NCBI GenBank assembly: GCA_963707335.1
Contig: CAVPQD010000027.1
Span: 31,868 to 95,867 of the forward strand
DNA: 64,000 bases
Direction: 5' to 3'
From: an uncultured Thermoleophilia bacterium
Lineage (GTDB): Bacteria; Actinomycetota; Thermoleophilia; UBA2241
Shown: one piece after another, positions 34,036 through 43,145 of the stretch
Numbering within the stretch: the first letter of the stretch is position 1
Layout: every line of letters begins with the position of its first letter
Notes under the pieces: generated by a model
Database searches by the model: none
What the model was told of the DNA's origin: nothing
Seen by the model: only the letters and a program-made list of their open reading frames with translations
Translations under genes and position numbers: made by a program

Positions 34036-35578
34036 TCAGTCCTCCCCGCGCAGGCCGGCGAGCACCTCTTCGGCGACCGCGCGGTCGTCGAAGGGGATCA
34101 CGCGGTCGCCGATCATCTGGCCCTGCTCGTGACCCTTGCCGGCGATGACGACCACGTCACCGGGCCGCGCCTCGCGCAGCGCCAGCTCGATGGCGGCGCG
34201 GCGGTCGGGCTCGACGACCACGCGGCCGCGCAGCTCGGCCGGCACACCGGCGACGATCTCGTCGATGATGGCCAGCGGGTCCTCGGTGCGCGGGTTGTCG
34301 GACGTGACGACGGCGTCGTCCGCGAGCCGCGCCCCGATCTCGCCCATGAGCGGCCGCTTGCCGCGGTCGCGGTCGCCGCCGCAGCCGAACACCACCAGCA
34401 CACGGCCGTCGGTGACGGCGCGCGCCGCGAGGAGCGCGTTCTCCAGCGAGTCCGGCGTGTGCGAGTAGTCGATGACGACGCTGAACGGCTGCCCGGCGCG
34501 CACGGCCTCGAAGCGGCCGGGCACGCCCTCGGTGACGGCGAGGCCGTCGCGCACCGCGGCGAGCGGCACACCGAGGGCCAGCGCCGCGGTGGCCGCGGCG
34601 AGCGCGTTCTCGACGTTGAAGCGCGCCGCGAGCCGCAGGGTGATGCGCTGCTCGACGCCGAGGCGTGGCACGTCAGCGTGAACGCCGAGCCGTCGGCGCG
34701 GAGCTCGAGATCGGTGGCCGTGGCGTCGGCCCGGCCGGCCGGCGCGCCTGCGGCGGCCGGCCCGTCCGCGACCGCGAACGTCCAGAGGTCGTCGCCGTAC
34801 TGCGGGCGGCACTCGTCCGCCAGGCGCCGCCGAACTCGTCGCCGATGTTCACGACCGCCACGGCGTGGCCGTTGCGCCGGCCGTCCGGCAGGAAGAGGCG
34901 CCGCTTGGCGGCGAAGTAGTCGTCGAGGTCCTTGTGGAAGTCGAGGTGGTCGCGCGTGAGATTGGTGAACACCACGGCGTCGAAGTCGATGCCGGCGCTG
35001 CGGTCCTGCGCCAGGGCGTGCGAGCAGACCTCCAGGGCGCACGCCTCGTCGCCGGCGTCGACCATCTCCCGGAACATGCGCTGCAGGTCGAGTGACTCGG
35101 CGGTCGTGAGCTGCACGGCGTGCTCCACCCCGCCGATGCGGTTGACGACGGTGCCGAGCAGGCCCGCGCGGCGGCCGGCGGCGGCCTCGATACCGGCCGC
35201 GAGATGCGCCGTCGTGGTCTTGCCGTTGGTGCCCGTGACGCCGATGACGCGCAGCTCGCGCGACGGGTCGCCGTACCAGCGCGCCGCCATCAGCGCCAGG
35301 GCCTCGCGCACCGAGGGTACGACGACCTGCGGCACCGGCTGGCCGGTGTCGCGCTCGCACACCAGCGCGGCGGCGCCGGCGTCGACCGCCGCCGCCGCGA
35401 AGGCGTGGCCGTCGGACTTGAGACCGGGGACGCAAAAGAAAAGCGTGCCGTCGGCGACGTCACGCGTGTGGTAGGCGAGGCCCCGGATGTCGGCGCCCGG
35501 GTCGCCGCGTACCGTGGCGCCGGCGACCCTGCTGACCAGCTCAGCTAGCTCCATCGCCGCCGATTCTATCAGACCCAT
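34036..35578 (-). pseudogene. murE: UDP-N-acetylmuramoyl-L-alanyl-D-glutamate--2,6-diaminopimelate ligase, 2 frame changes (near 34850 and 34680)
   Basis: ATG 35578 follows GGTGGAGG. VIGVTGTNGKTTTAHL, TTAESLDLQRMF, VFTNLTRDHLDFH (ORF 34673..35716). RRLADECRPQYGDDLWTF (ORF 34113..35435). DYSHTPDSLENAL..VFGCGGDRDRGKRPLMG..DNPRTEDP (ORF 34036..34812). Confidence 0.9.
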
Positions 35579-35645
35579 GCGCGGCCTCCACCCCGCCTCA
35601 CCGACCTGCGAAGGAGCGCCCGGCAGCGCCGTCTGCGTCGCCGGC

Positions 35646-37409
35646 TCACGGCGCGATCTCCAGGTGCTGCAGCGTGAACCGCATGATCTTCTGCACGGCC
35701 GGGGCGGCGATGTCACCGCCGAAGTACGACGGGCTGTGCGGCTCGTCCACGGCGACCATGACCACGAGCCGCGGATGCTCCGCCGGCACCATGCCGACGA
35801 AGGACGCGACGTAGACGCTCTTCGAGTAGCCGCTGCCGTCCGGCAGCGGCTTCTCCGCCGTGCCGGTCTTGCCGGCGACCTCGTAGCCCGGTATCTGCGC
35901 GTTCGTCCCGGTGCCCTCCTCCACGGCGGCGAGCAGCATCTTGCGCACCTGGCGCGCCATGCTCGCCGGGATCACGTCGTGCTCCGGCGCCGCCCCTGCG
36001 ACCCTGGTGCCCACCTGCGCCACGAGCTGCGGCTTCACGGCCACGCCGTTGTTGGCCACCGTGGCGAAGGCCGCGGCCATCTGGAGCGGCGTCACGGCGA
36101 TGCCCTGCCCCAGGGGGATGTTGGCGATGGAGGAGCCGGACCACGCGTCGCCGGGCGGAACGATGCCCGCGCTCTCGCCGGGGAAGTCGATGCCGGTCCT
36201 GCTGCCGAAGCCGTACCGGTCCATCCACTTGAGCAGACCCTCCTTCTCCATCCGTATGCCGATCTTCACGGCGCCGATGTTGCTGGAGTGCTGGAGGATC
36301 TGCTTCACGGTGAAGGTGACGGTGCCGCGCGTCTCCGCCTCGTGGATGGTGCGGTCGGCCACCCGGAGCGTGGGCGGCAGGGTGAACTTGGTCGTGGGCC
36401 GCACCAGACCGTCGGCCAGCGCGCCGGAGATCGTCACGAGCTTGAAGATCGACCCAGGCTCGTAGACGTCGGTGACGGCGCGATTGCGATCGGCGGCCGG
36501 GTCCCGGCCGAACACGTTGTCCCTCACGCGCGGGACGTTGGCCATGGCCAGGACCTCGCCGCTGCGCGGGTCCATGACGATGCAGACGGCGGCCTTGGCG
36601 CCGGAGCTGCGCACCGTCCTCGTGAGCACGTCCTCCGCCGTGTACTGGATCTCCTCGTCGAGGGTGAGACGCACGTCGGCGCCGGAGACGGGCTGCGTCT
36701 GGCGCACGGTGCGCAGGGTGTGGCCGGCAGGGTCGCGCACGACGATCTCGCTGCCGGCCTGGCCGCTCAGCTCCTTGTCGTACTGCAGCTCGAGGCCGGC
36801 GATGCCCTTGTTGTCCACGTCGGCGACGCCGATGACCTGCGCGGCGGACCCCTTCATGGGATACATCCGCGCCTCCTCGGCGTACGCGCCGACGCCGGGC
36901 AGGTCGAGGGCCAGCGCGGCCTTGGCGAGCAGCGGGTCGACCTTGCGGGCCACGTAGGCGAACCCGCTCTTGGAGTCCAGGGCCGCGATCACCGCGCGAC
37001 GCGCCTTCTTGCGATTGATCTGCAGCGCGTCGCACAGCGCCCACGCGGCGTTCTTGGGGTGATCCAGCAGGTACGGCGTCGCGTACACCGTCTGCTGCGG
37101 CTTGCCGACCGCGAGCTCCTGGCCGTTGCGGTCCAGGATGGCGCCGCGATGCGCGGGCAGCGCGACCTCGCGGGTCTGCTGTTGCAGGGCGATGCGCGTG
37201 AGGTTGTCGGACGACGACGCCAGGGCGACGGCACGGCCGCCGACGAGCACCAGGAAGACGACGACGACGAAGCGCAGGAGGCGGATGCGGCCGTCCACGC
37301 CGCGGCCGCCGCCGACGCCGCCCCCGCGGGACACGGCGCGCGAGAGGTGACGCAGGCCGCCGCCGCGCCGGCCGGCCGCGCGACGCCGTCCTGCGGTGCG
37401 GGCCGCCAT
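35646..37409 (-). CDS. ftsI: class B penicillin-binding protein / peptidoglycan D,D-transpeptidase FtsI
   Basis: ATG 37409 (TGATG junction with the ftsL stop). TM anchor, PBP dimerisation domain, and transpeptidase motifs SIFK (PGSIFKLVT), SSN (HSSNIG) and KTGT (AGKTGTA). Track ORF 35646..37511 is over-extended upstream. Confidence 0.92.
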   Translation of the reverse strand: MAARTAGRRRAAGRRGGGLRHLSRAVSRGGGVGGGRGVDGRIRLLRFVVVVFLVLVGGRAVALASSSDNLTRIALQQQTREVALPAHRGAILDRNGQELAVGKPQQTVYATPYLLDHPKNAAWALCDALQINRKKARRAVIAALDSKSGFAYVARKVDPLLAKAALALDLPGVGAYAEEARMYPMKGSAAQVIGVADVDNKGIAGLELQYDKELSGQAGSEIVVRDPAGHTLRTVRQTQPVSGADVRLTLDEEIQYTAEDVLTRTVRSSGAKAAVCIVMDPRSGEVLAMANVPRVRDNVFGRDPAADRNRAVTDVYEPGSIFKLVTISGALADGLVRPTTKFTLPPTLRVADRTIHEAETRGTVTFTVKQILQHSSNIGAVKIGIRMEKEGLLKWMDRYGFGSRTGIDFPGESAGIVPPGDAWSGSSIANIPLGQGIAVTPLQMAAAFATVANNGVAVKPQLVAQVGTRVAGAAPEHDVIPASMARQVRKMLLAAVEEGTGTNAQIPGYEVAGKTGTAEKPLPDGSGYSKSVYVASFVGMVPAEHPRLVVMVAVDEPHSPSYFGGDIAAPAVQKIMRFTLQHLEIAP

Positions 37410-37825
37410 CAGCGCTCCGCGCCGCCCTTCGCGCCGGCGCTCGCGCGCGGCGCCTTCAGGGTCCGCCAGTGGTCCGCGTCGACCAGGCCGAGTTCGTGCT
37501 CGGCCACCCAACGGATGTGCACGGCCGAGGAGAGTTGCGCCAGGTCCTCGGCAAGACGCGCGTTGTCGGCGCTCACCTGACGCGCCTGCCGGGCGACGGC
37601 GTCCGTCTGCAGGGTCTTCTGCACCACGGCGAAGCTCAGGGCCACGCGGCCCACGGCGAGCACCGTGAGGACGACGATGAAGACCACGACCACGCGATTG
37701 ACGCCGGGGCGGGACGCCGCCCGGCGCCGCGCCTGCGGCGCCCTGCGCGGCGCCGGCAGCGCGTCGCGCTCGTCGTAGGGGCGCGGCTTGAGCGTCGCCC
37801 GCCGCGCCTCTGCCGCCGTGGCCAT
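37409..37825 (-). CDS. ftsL: cell division protein FtsL-like (single-pass membrane, coiled coil)
   Basis: ATG 37825 follows GGAGGG. TM helix VVVVFIVVLTVLAVGRVALSFAVV, followed by a coiled-coil-like QKTLQTDAVARQARQVSADNARLAEDLAQL. Canonical slot between rsmH and ftsI. The call is mainly positional. Confidence 0.65.
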   Translation of the reverse strand: MATAAEARRATLKPRPYDERDALPAPRRAPQARRRAASRPGVNRVVVVFIVVLTVLAVGRVALSFAVVQKTLQTDAVARQARQVSADNARLAEDLAQLSSAVHIRWVAEHELGLVDADHWRTLKAPRASAGAKGGAER

Positions 37826-37833
37826 CGACCCTC

Positions 37834-38759
37834 CTAGAGCTTGACCGCCACGCGGAGCTTGGCGGACTTGCTGCGGGGGTTCAGGTCTACCTCGGCGGCC
37901 CGCGGCGTGACGGGCCGGCGGGTGAGGACGCGCATCGTCGGCTCGTGGCCGCACACGCACTGCGGCAGGCCGGGCGGGCAGATGCAGCCGGCGGCGTGCC
38001 CCTTGAAGAACTCCTTGACCATGCGGTCCTCGAGCGAGTGGAAGCTGATCGCCGCGAGGCGCCCTCCCGGGCGCAGCACGCGGTACGCCTCGTCGAGGCC
38101 GCGGGCCAGCGACTCGAGCTCGTCGTTCACGACGATGCGCAGCGCCTGGAAGGTGCGGCGCGCCGGGTTGCCCGCGCCGAAGCGCGCCGGCGTCGGGATG
38201 TTGCGCTTGATCACCTCGACGAGCTCGCCGGTCGTCGCCAGCGGCTCTGCTGCCGGGCGCGCGCGATGCCGCGGGCGATGTTGCGCGCGTAGCGCTCCTC
38301 GCCGTAGCGGCGCAGGATGCTCGTGAGCTCGTCCTCCGGCAGCGTGTTCACCAGGTCCGCCGCCGTGACCTCGAGCTCCGGGTCCATGCGCATGTCCAGC
38401 GGCGCGTCGTAGGCATAGCTGAAGCCTCGCTCGCGGCGGTCCAGCTGCATCGACGACACGCCCAGGTCCATGTAGACGATGTCGGCCGAGGCGTCCGGCC
38501 GCGCGGCCAGGACCTCGGCGAAATTGCCGTGGTACAGCTCCGCGGCGCACGGCGCCGCGCGCGACACCTCACGGAAGTACTCGGCCACGCTGGGATCGCG
38601 GTCGACGGCGACGAGCAGGCCCTTGGGGCCGAGCTGGCCGGCGACCGCGGCGGCGTGGCCGCCCGCGCCGAAGGTGCAGTCCACGGCGGTCTCGCCGGAC
38701 GCGGGACGCAGCAGCTCGATGAGCTCATCGAGGAGGACCGGGGTGTGAGCGAGCGCCAT
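37834..38759 (-). pseudogene. rsmH: 16S rRNA (cytosine1402-N4)-methyltransferase RsmH/MraW, one frame change near 38250
   Basis: ATG 38759: MALAHTPVLLDELIELL..DCTFGAGGHA..DLGVSSMQLD..ERGFSY (ORF 38211..38996 frame). Then PLATTGELVEVI..FQALRIVVNDELESL..ISFHSLEDRMVK (ORF 37834..38550). Confidence 0.92.
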
Positions 38760-38766
38760 CTCGTAC

Positions 38767-39207
38767 TCAGCCAGTTGCAAGCTCGTCTGCGGTAGCATCG
38801 GCCTCCTCCTCCAGGTGAGACAGGTACTCGGCCCAGGCGACGCGGTCCCAGATCTCGATGTGGTCCTGGACTCCGATGATCGTGGCTTCGCGCGTGATGC
38901 CGGCGAACTCGAGATGACGGCCGGGAAGCGTGACGCGCCCCTGCCGGTCGAGCTCCTGGAACACGGCGCTGGCGGCGGCGAAGCGCTGCAGCGCACGGCG
39001 CTTGCTGCTCAGCGACGACGCCTCCAGCGTCTGCTCCTCGAGATAGCGCTCGAAGTCACCCGGGGCGTAGCCGGCGAGGCAGCGCTCGTGCCCGCGGGTG
39101 ACGTAGATGCCGTCGGCGAAGACCGAGCGAAGACGAGCGGGGACGGCGATGCGGTTCTTCGCATCAAGTGTGAAGTCGTACTCCCCCACCAGTACCGGCC
39201 GCTGCAT
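38767..39207 (-). CDS. mraZ: transcriptional regulator MraZ
   Basis: MQRPVLVGEYDFTLDAKNRIAVPARLR ... second repeat GRVTLPGRHLEF (two SpoVT/AbrB-like DxxxR repeats). The ATG 39207 start is preferred over the track GTG 39216 because the predicted -10 overlaps 39215-39220. Confidence 0.9.
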   Translation of the reverse strand: MQRPVLVGEYDFTLDAKNRIAVPARLRSVFADGIYVTRGHERCLAGYAPGDFERYLEEQTLEASSLSSKRRALQRFAAASAVFQELDRQGRVTLPGRHLEFAGITREATIIGVQDHIEIWDRVAWAEYLSHLEEEADATADELATG

Positions 39208-39267
39208 GGGCGCCACTTTACCCCACTACTCCCCACATTGCAACAGATTTCACCACATCTTCCCCAC
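39208..39267 (-). promoter_or_regulatory. mraZ/dcw promoter (TTGCAA-17-TAAAGT) embedded in 10-bp-phased GTGGGG boxes (candidate MraZ operator)
   Basis: Plus-strand c[c/g/a]ccac at 39211, 39221, 39231, 39251 and 39262 (GTGG[G/C/T]G on the gene strand). -35 at 39243-39238, -10 at 39220-15. The -10 ends 7 nt before the ATG, which implies a leaderless mRNA. Confidence 0.55.
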
Positions 39268-39432
39268 TTCATGGGAAGCTGCGCCCGGCGGGCGCAGAGG
39301 AATGGCGTTGTCAGGCCTGGCTACCGGGTCATGGCCGCCAGTGGAGCGGCCCCGGAGCGGCGAGTGGGGGCTTGTGGGGAGGCGCCGCGCGGCGCGGGCG
39401 CGGCCCGCGGCCGGGCGGACCCGGCGCCGCAG

Positions 39433-40050
39433 TCACTGCTTGGGGACTTTGACCTTCTCCCCCACGACCAGTGTGGTGAAGTCCTTGTCCGGGTTGAGCT
39501 CCTCCAGCTCGGACATGGAGATGCCGTACTTCTCGGCGATGCCCGAGGGCGTGTCGCCGGTCTTCACGACGTAGACCTTGGTCGTGCTGCCGGCGGTGGT
39601 CGGCTTCGGCGAAGCCTTCTTGGTCTTCGTGACCGCCGGTTTGGGCTTCGTGACGTTCGCCTGGTCCCTGCCGCCGAGCAAGTCGGACTGGAAGAGCAGG
39701 CTGATGAGTACGATGACCGCCACCAGGAACACGGCGGGAGCCGCGACGCGCGCGGGCGTCAGGTTGGCGGCCGCGGCGGCGGCGGGACGCGGCCGGGGGC
39801 GGCGGTCACGGCCGGAGGTCGCGGAGCGGCCGCTCTGGCCCGGCGGCGGCGCGCCGCCGCCGGGCTGGGAGCCCAGCGACTGCAGGCGCTCGAGCGCCGC
39901 CATGGGATCGTCCTCAGGCGGAGCGCCGGCGGGCCCGGTCGCCGGGCCGGCCGGGCGAGTCGGGTCGTCCGGCGGGCCGGCGGGCCGGCGCGCGCCGCCT
40001 CCCGGCTCTGTGGGTCGCCGCGGCGGGCGGGATGTGGGGTCGTCCGTCAC
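39433..40050 (-). CDS. LysM domain-containing membrane-anchored protein
   Basis: 205 aa with a Pro/Gly-rich N-terminus and TM helix AAPAVFLVAVIVLISLLF. C-terminal LysM YVVKTGDTPSGIAEKYGISMSELEELNPDKDFTTLVVGEKVKVP. The GTG start overlaps the pyrF stop (GTGA). Confidence 0.85.
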   Translation of the reverse strand: MTDDPTSRPPRRPTEPGGGARRPAGPPDDPTRPAGPATGPAGAPPEDDPMAALERLQSLGSQPGGGAPPPGQSGRSATSGRDRRPRPRPAAAAAANLTPARVAAPAVFLVAVIVLISLLFQSDLLGGRDQANVTKPKPAVTKTKKASPKPTTAGSTTKVYVVKTGDTPSGIAEKYGISMSELEELNPDKDFTTLVVGEKVKVPKQ

Positions 40051-40963
40051 AGCGCGAAGCTTAGCAGTTGTCGCATGTCGGCCGCCGCCGCGGCGGCGGC
40101 CGACCGGTAGTCGGCGCCGGCCGTCTGCCAGGCGAAGATGATGGACCGCGAGGCGTTCACGACGAAGCCGGCGGCGTCGCCCGCCGCGATGCCCCTGAGG
40201 GCGTCCGGCCCGGCGCCCTGCGCGCCGAAGCCCGGCACCAGCAGGAACGCCTGCGGCAGCGCGTCGCGGACGAGCTTGAGCGACGTGGGCGCGGTCGCCC
40301 CGGCGACCGCGCCCACGTCGCTGTACCCGGCTTCGCCGATGTGGTCCGCGCCGAGGCGCGCGACGAGGTCCGCGACGTGCAGGTAGAGAGGCTTGCCGCC
40401 CGACTCGCGCTCCTGGAGCAGCGCCGCTCCGGGGTTGCTGGTGCGCGTGAGGACGAAGACGCCCTTGCCGCTCGCGCAGTGCTCCACGAGCGGCTCGAGC
40501 GAGTCGTCGCCGAGGTACGGGCTGGCGGTCACGGCGTCCGCGCCGGCGCCGGCGACCGGGCCGCCGAAGCCCGGGGCCCCGCCGAAGGCGGCGCGGGCGT
40601 AGGCCGCGCCGGTGGAGGCGATGTCGCCGCGCTTCACATCCAGGATGACCGGCAGCTCATAGCGGCGGGCGCAGTGGATGACCGCTTCGAGCGCCCGCCA
40701 CCCGGGAGCGCCGTACTGCTCGAAGAACGCCGCCTGCGGCTTGACGCAGGCGGCCTCGTCCGGCGACGGCGTCGATGATGCCGGTGCAGAACTCCTGGAA
40801 GCAGGCGGCCACGGCCTCGTCGTCGCCCAGATCGGGCGCCTGCGCCGCGTACTTCGCCCACAGCTCGGCGGGCATGCGGTCCAGCGCCGGGTCGAGCCCG
40901 ACGCAGACCACGCTGCTCCGCGCGCGGATGGCCGTCTGCCAGTCTGTCGGAGAAGTGTGCCAC
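40047..40963 (-). pseudogene. pyrF: orotidine 5'-phosphate decarboxylase (type 2), 2 frame changes (near 40915 and 40770)
   Basis: GTG 40963 (AHFSDRLAD). VCVGLDPALDRMPAEL (ORF 40657..40911). CVKPQAAFFEQYG..PVILDVKRGDIASTG..LVPGFGAQGAG (ORF 40047..41189). Confidence 0.88.
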
Positions 40964-41070
40964 GACCGCCCACAGTGTACCGTAGGTCCACGGTGCCGTG
41001 CCCGGCGAGGCCGGGCGGGCGGCGGTGAGGATCGCGGACGGGCGGCCCGGTACGCCGCCCGAGGGGGGCG

Positions 41071-41703
41071 TCAGACCGTGTCGCGCTCGCCGGCCTGGTC
41101 CGTCTGCGTCTGCTGCTGCGCCTGGAAGTGGCGCACGTTTCGGCGGATGGTGGCGATCTTGGCGCGCACGTAGTCCGTGGCCTCGTCACGCGCCGCCTGC
41201 TCCTCGTCGGAGATGCGCTCGGACTCGGCCTGCATCTGGCGCAGCACGTCCATGAGCTGGTCGTCGTCCATGCCCGACAGCGCGTTCAGGTCCCACTTCA
41301 TCGCCTTGCTGGACGTCTCGTGCACCGCGTCGAGCTTGCTGCGGACCACGGGGTTGAACACGGCGCCCGGGTCCACCTGCGCGGTGATCTCGTCCACGTC
41401 GCGGATCATGTCCTCGATGCTTGCGCCCTGTTTGGGGATGATCTTGATGCGCCCGTCGTCCTCCTCCACGACGCGCTCGATGGAGAGGTAGGCTTTGAGG
41501 AAGCCCTCGGTGAAGGCTACGGGCACGGTCACCGCGTAGGCGATGACCTGCAGCACTTCGGAGGCGAACTGCGTGAAGGTGCCGCTGTGCAGGTAGCTGT
41601 CCTCGATGAGGCCCAGCAACATCGACTTCAGGTAGGGGTCGGCGCGCAGGTCACGCGGTTTCCCGCCGGGCCGCGCGCTCATCATGTCCTTCATGTCCGT
41701 CAC
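41071..41703 (-). CDS. hypothetical protein with acidic coiled-coil C-terminus
   Basis: Start at GTG 41703 or ATG 41694, after GGGGGAGGAG. Balanced, non-repetitive sequence (DPYLKSMLLGLIEDSYLHSGTFTQFASEVLQVIAYAV...ISDEEQAARDEATDYVRAKIATIRRN). Family not recognised. Confidence 0.6.
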   Translation of the reverse strand: MTDMKDMMSARPGGKPRDLRADPYLKSMLLGLIEDSYLHSGTFTQFASEVLQVIAYAVTVPVAFTEGFLKAYLSIERVVEEDDGRIKIIPKQGASIEDMIRDVDEITAQVDPGAVFNPVVRSKLDAVHETSSKAMKWDLNALSGMDDDQLMDVLRQMQAESERISDEEQAARDEATDYVRAKIATIRRNVRHFQAQQQTQTDQAGERDTV

Positions 41704-41931
41704 GTCGCTCCTCCCCCTGTCAGGACCCATTGTCGGCATGGGGCGGACGGCTCTTGAACCCACGACCATTGTCGTAGCCGAGCCGCGGCGGCGGCGGTAA
41801 GCTGATGCACGGGCGATCGGGAGGCGAGTGGAGAGTCGACTCATCATCGATGGCGAGGAGGCCTTGGCGCGGCTTACGGACGCCGCCGCCAGCTCACCGC
41901 GTCAGACCGCCCTGCTCTCCGCGATGGGCGG

Positions 41932-41970
41932 CTGAGCCGGGCGCCCGAGCAGACCGCCCGCCCGGCTCAG
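41932..41970 (-). terminator. hairpin just downstream of the enoyl-CoA hydratase stop
   Basis: 12-bp perfect stem CTGAGCCGGGCG (41932-41943) / CGCCCGGCTCAG (41959-41970). No U-tract. Confidence 0.4.
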
Positions 41971-41978
41971 CCCTCTCA

Positions 41979-42752
41979 TCAGCGCCCGCTGAACTCAGGG
42001 CTGCGCTTCTCCAGGAAGGCGCTCATGCCCTCCGTCTGGTCCTCGCTGGCGAAGGCCAGGGCGAAGAGGTCACGTTCGACGCTCTGGCCCGTGACGATGT
42101 CCGTGTCCGCGGCGGCGTGCACCGCGGCCTTGCAGTAGCGCATGGCCAGCGGGCTCTTGCCGGCCAGCTCCTCGGCCAGCTTCCTCGCCTGGGTCATGAG
42201 CTCGTCCTTGGGGTACACGGCCTGGACGAGCCCGATGCGCAGCGCCTCCTCGGCGCGGATGTGGCGGCCGGACAGGACGAGGTACTTCGCCCAGCCGTCG
42301 CCGACGTTGCGCGGCAGGCGCTGGGTGCCGCCGAAGCCCGGCGTGATGCCCAGGTTGATCTCGGGCTGGCCGAACTTGGCGTTGTCCGCCGCCAGGCGGA
42401 TGTCGCAGGCCAGCGCCAGCTCGCAGCCGCCGCCGAGGGCGAAGCCGTTGACGGCGGCGATCCAGGGCTGCGGCGCATCCTCGATGCCGGTCATCACGGC
42501 CTGACCGAGCGCGCCGAAGCGCCGCGCCTGCTCGGCCGTGAGGTCCTTCATCTCGGCGATGTCCGCGCCGGCCACGAACGACTTGTCGCCGCCGCCGGTG
42601 AGCACCACGGCGCGCACGCTCTCGTCGACGGAGAGCTCGCGCACGGCGGCGAGCAGCAGGTCGTTGGTCTCGGTGTTGAGCGCGTTGAGCGCTTCGGGGC
42701 GGTCGACGGTGACGACGGCGACCACGCCTTCTCGGATGACCTCCACGGCCAT
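41979..42752 (-). CDS. enoyl-CoA hydratase/isomerase (crotonase family)
   Basis: ATG 42752 follows GGAGGG: MAVEVIREGVVAVVTVDRPEALNAL..VVLTGGGDKSFVAGADI..AAVNGFALGGGCELALACD..FGQPEINLGITPGFGGTQRL. Confidence 0.92.
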   Translation of the reverse strand: MAVEVIREGVVAVVTVDRPEALNALNTETNDLLLAAVRELSVDESVRAVVLTGGGDKSFVAGADIAEMKDLTAEQARRFGALGQAVMTGIEDAPQPWIAAVNGFALGGGCELALACDIRLAADNAKFGQPEINLGITPGFGGTQRLPRNVGDGWAKYLVLSGRHIRAEEALRIGLVQAVYPKDELMTQARKLAEELAGKSPLAMRYCKAAVHAAADTDIVTGQSVERDLFALAFASEDQTEGMSAFLEKRSPEFSGR

Positions 42753-43145
42753 GAGCTGACCCTCCTGCGGGGTGGGTGGACTGTCTGCCGACACTCTACG
42801 GCACGCCGCGCCGTCTCCCTGCCCGCCGGCACGTCCCGGCAGGCCCCAGAGGCGACCGCCGATTGTCATCCTGTACAGCCGGGCGAAGCTGTGGTGAGCT
42901 TCCTGTTACGGGTGTCGTACTGCAAGGAGGGGGTCACGATGGGGAGCACACGGACGCCGCCGCATCCGCGGCGCGGCAGGCCGCACGGCGGCTGGAGCGG
43001 CCTGCCGCCGGGACGCCGCGGACGCGGCGCACCGGCGGCCGCGCCGGCCGTCGATCGTCGCGACCGGGGCGAGCTCCTGACGGACCGCGATGACCGGGCG
43101 GCGGCGGGATCGCGGCGGAGCCTGGCTGCCCGCCGCGACGTGTCG

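Noticed and set aside
39214-39216. GTG 39216 as the mraZ start (as in the ORF track).
   Set aside because: It lies inside the predicted -10 hexamer (39215-39220). ATG 39207 gives the canonical MraZ N-terminus spacing and fits a leaderless transcript.
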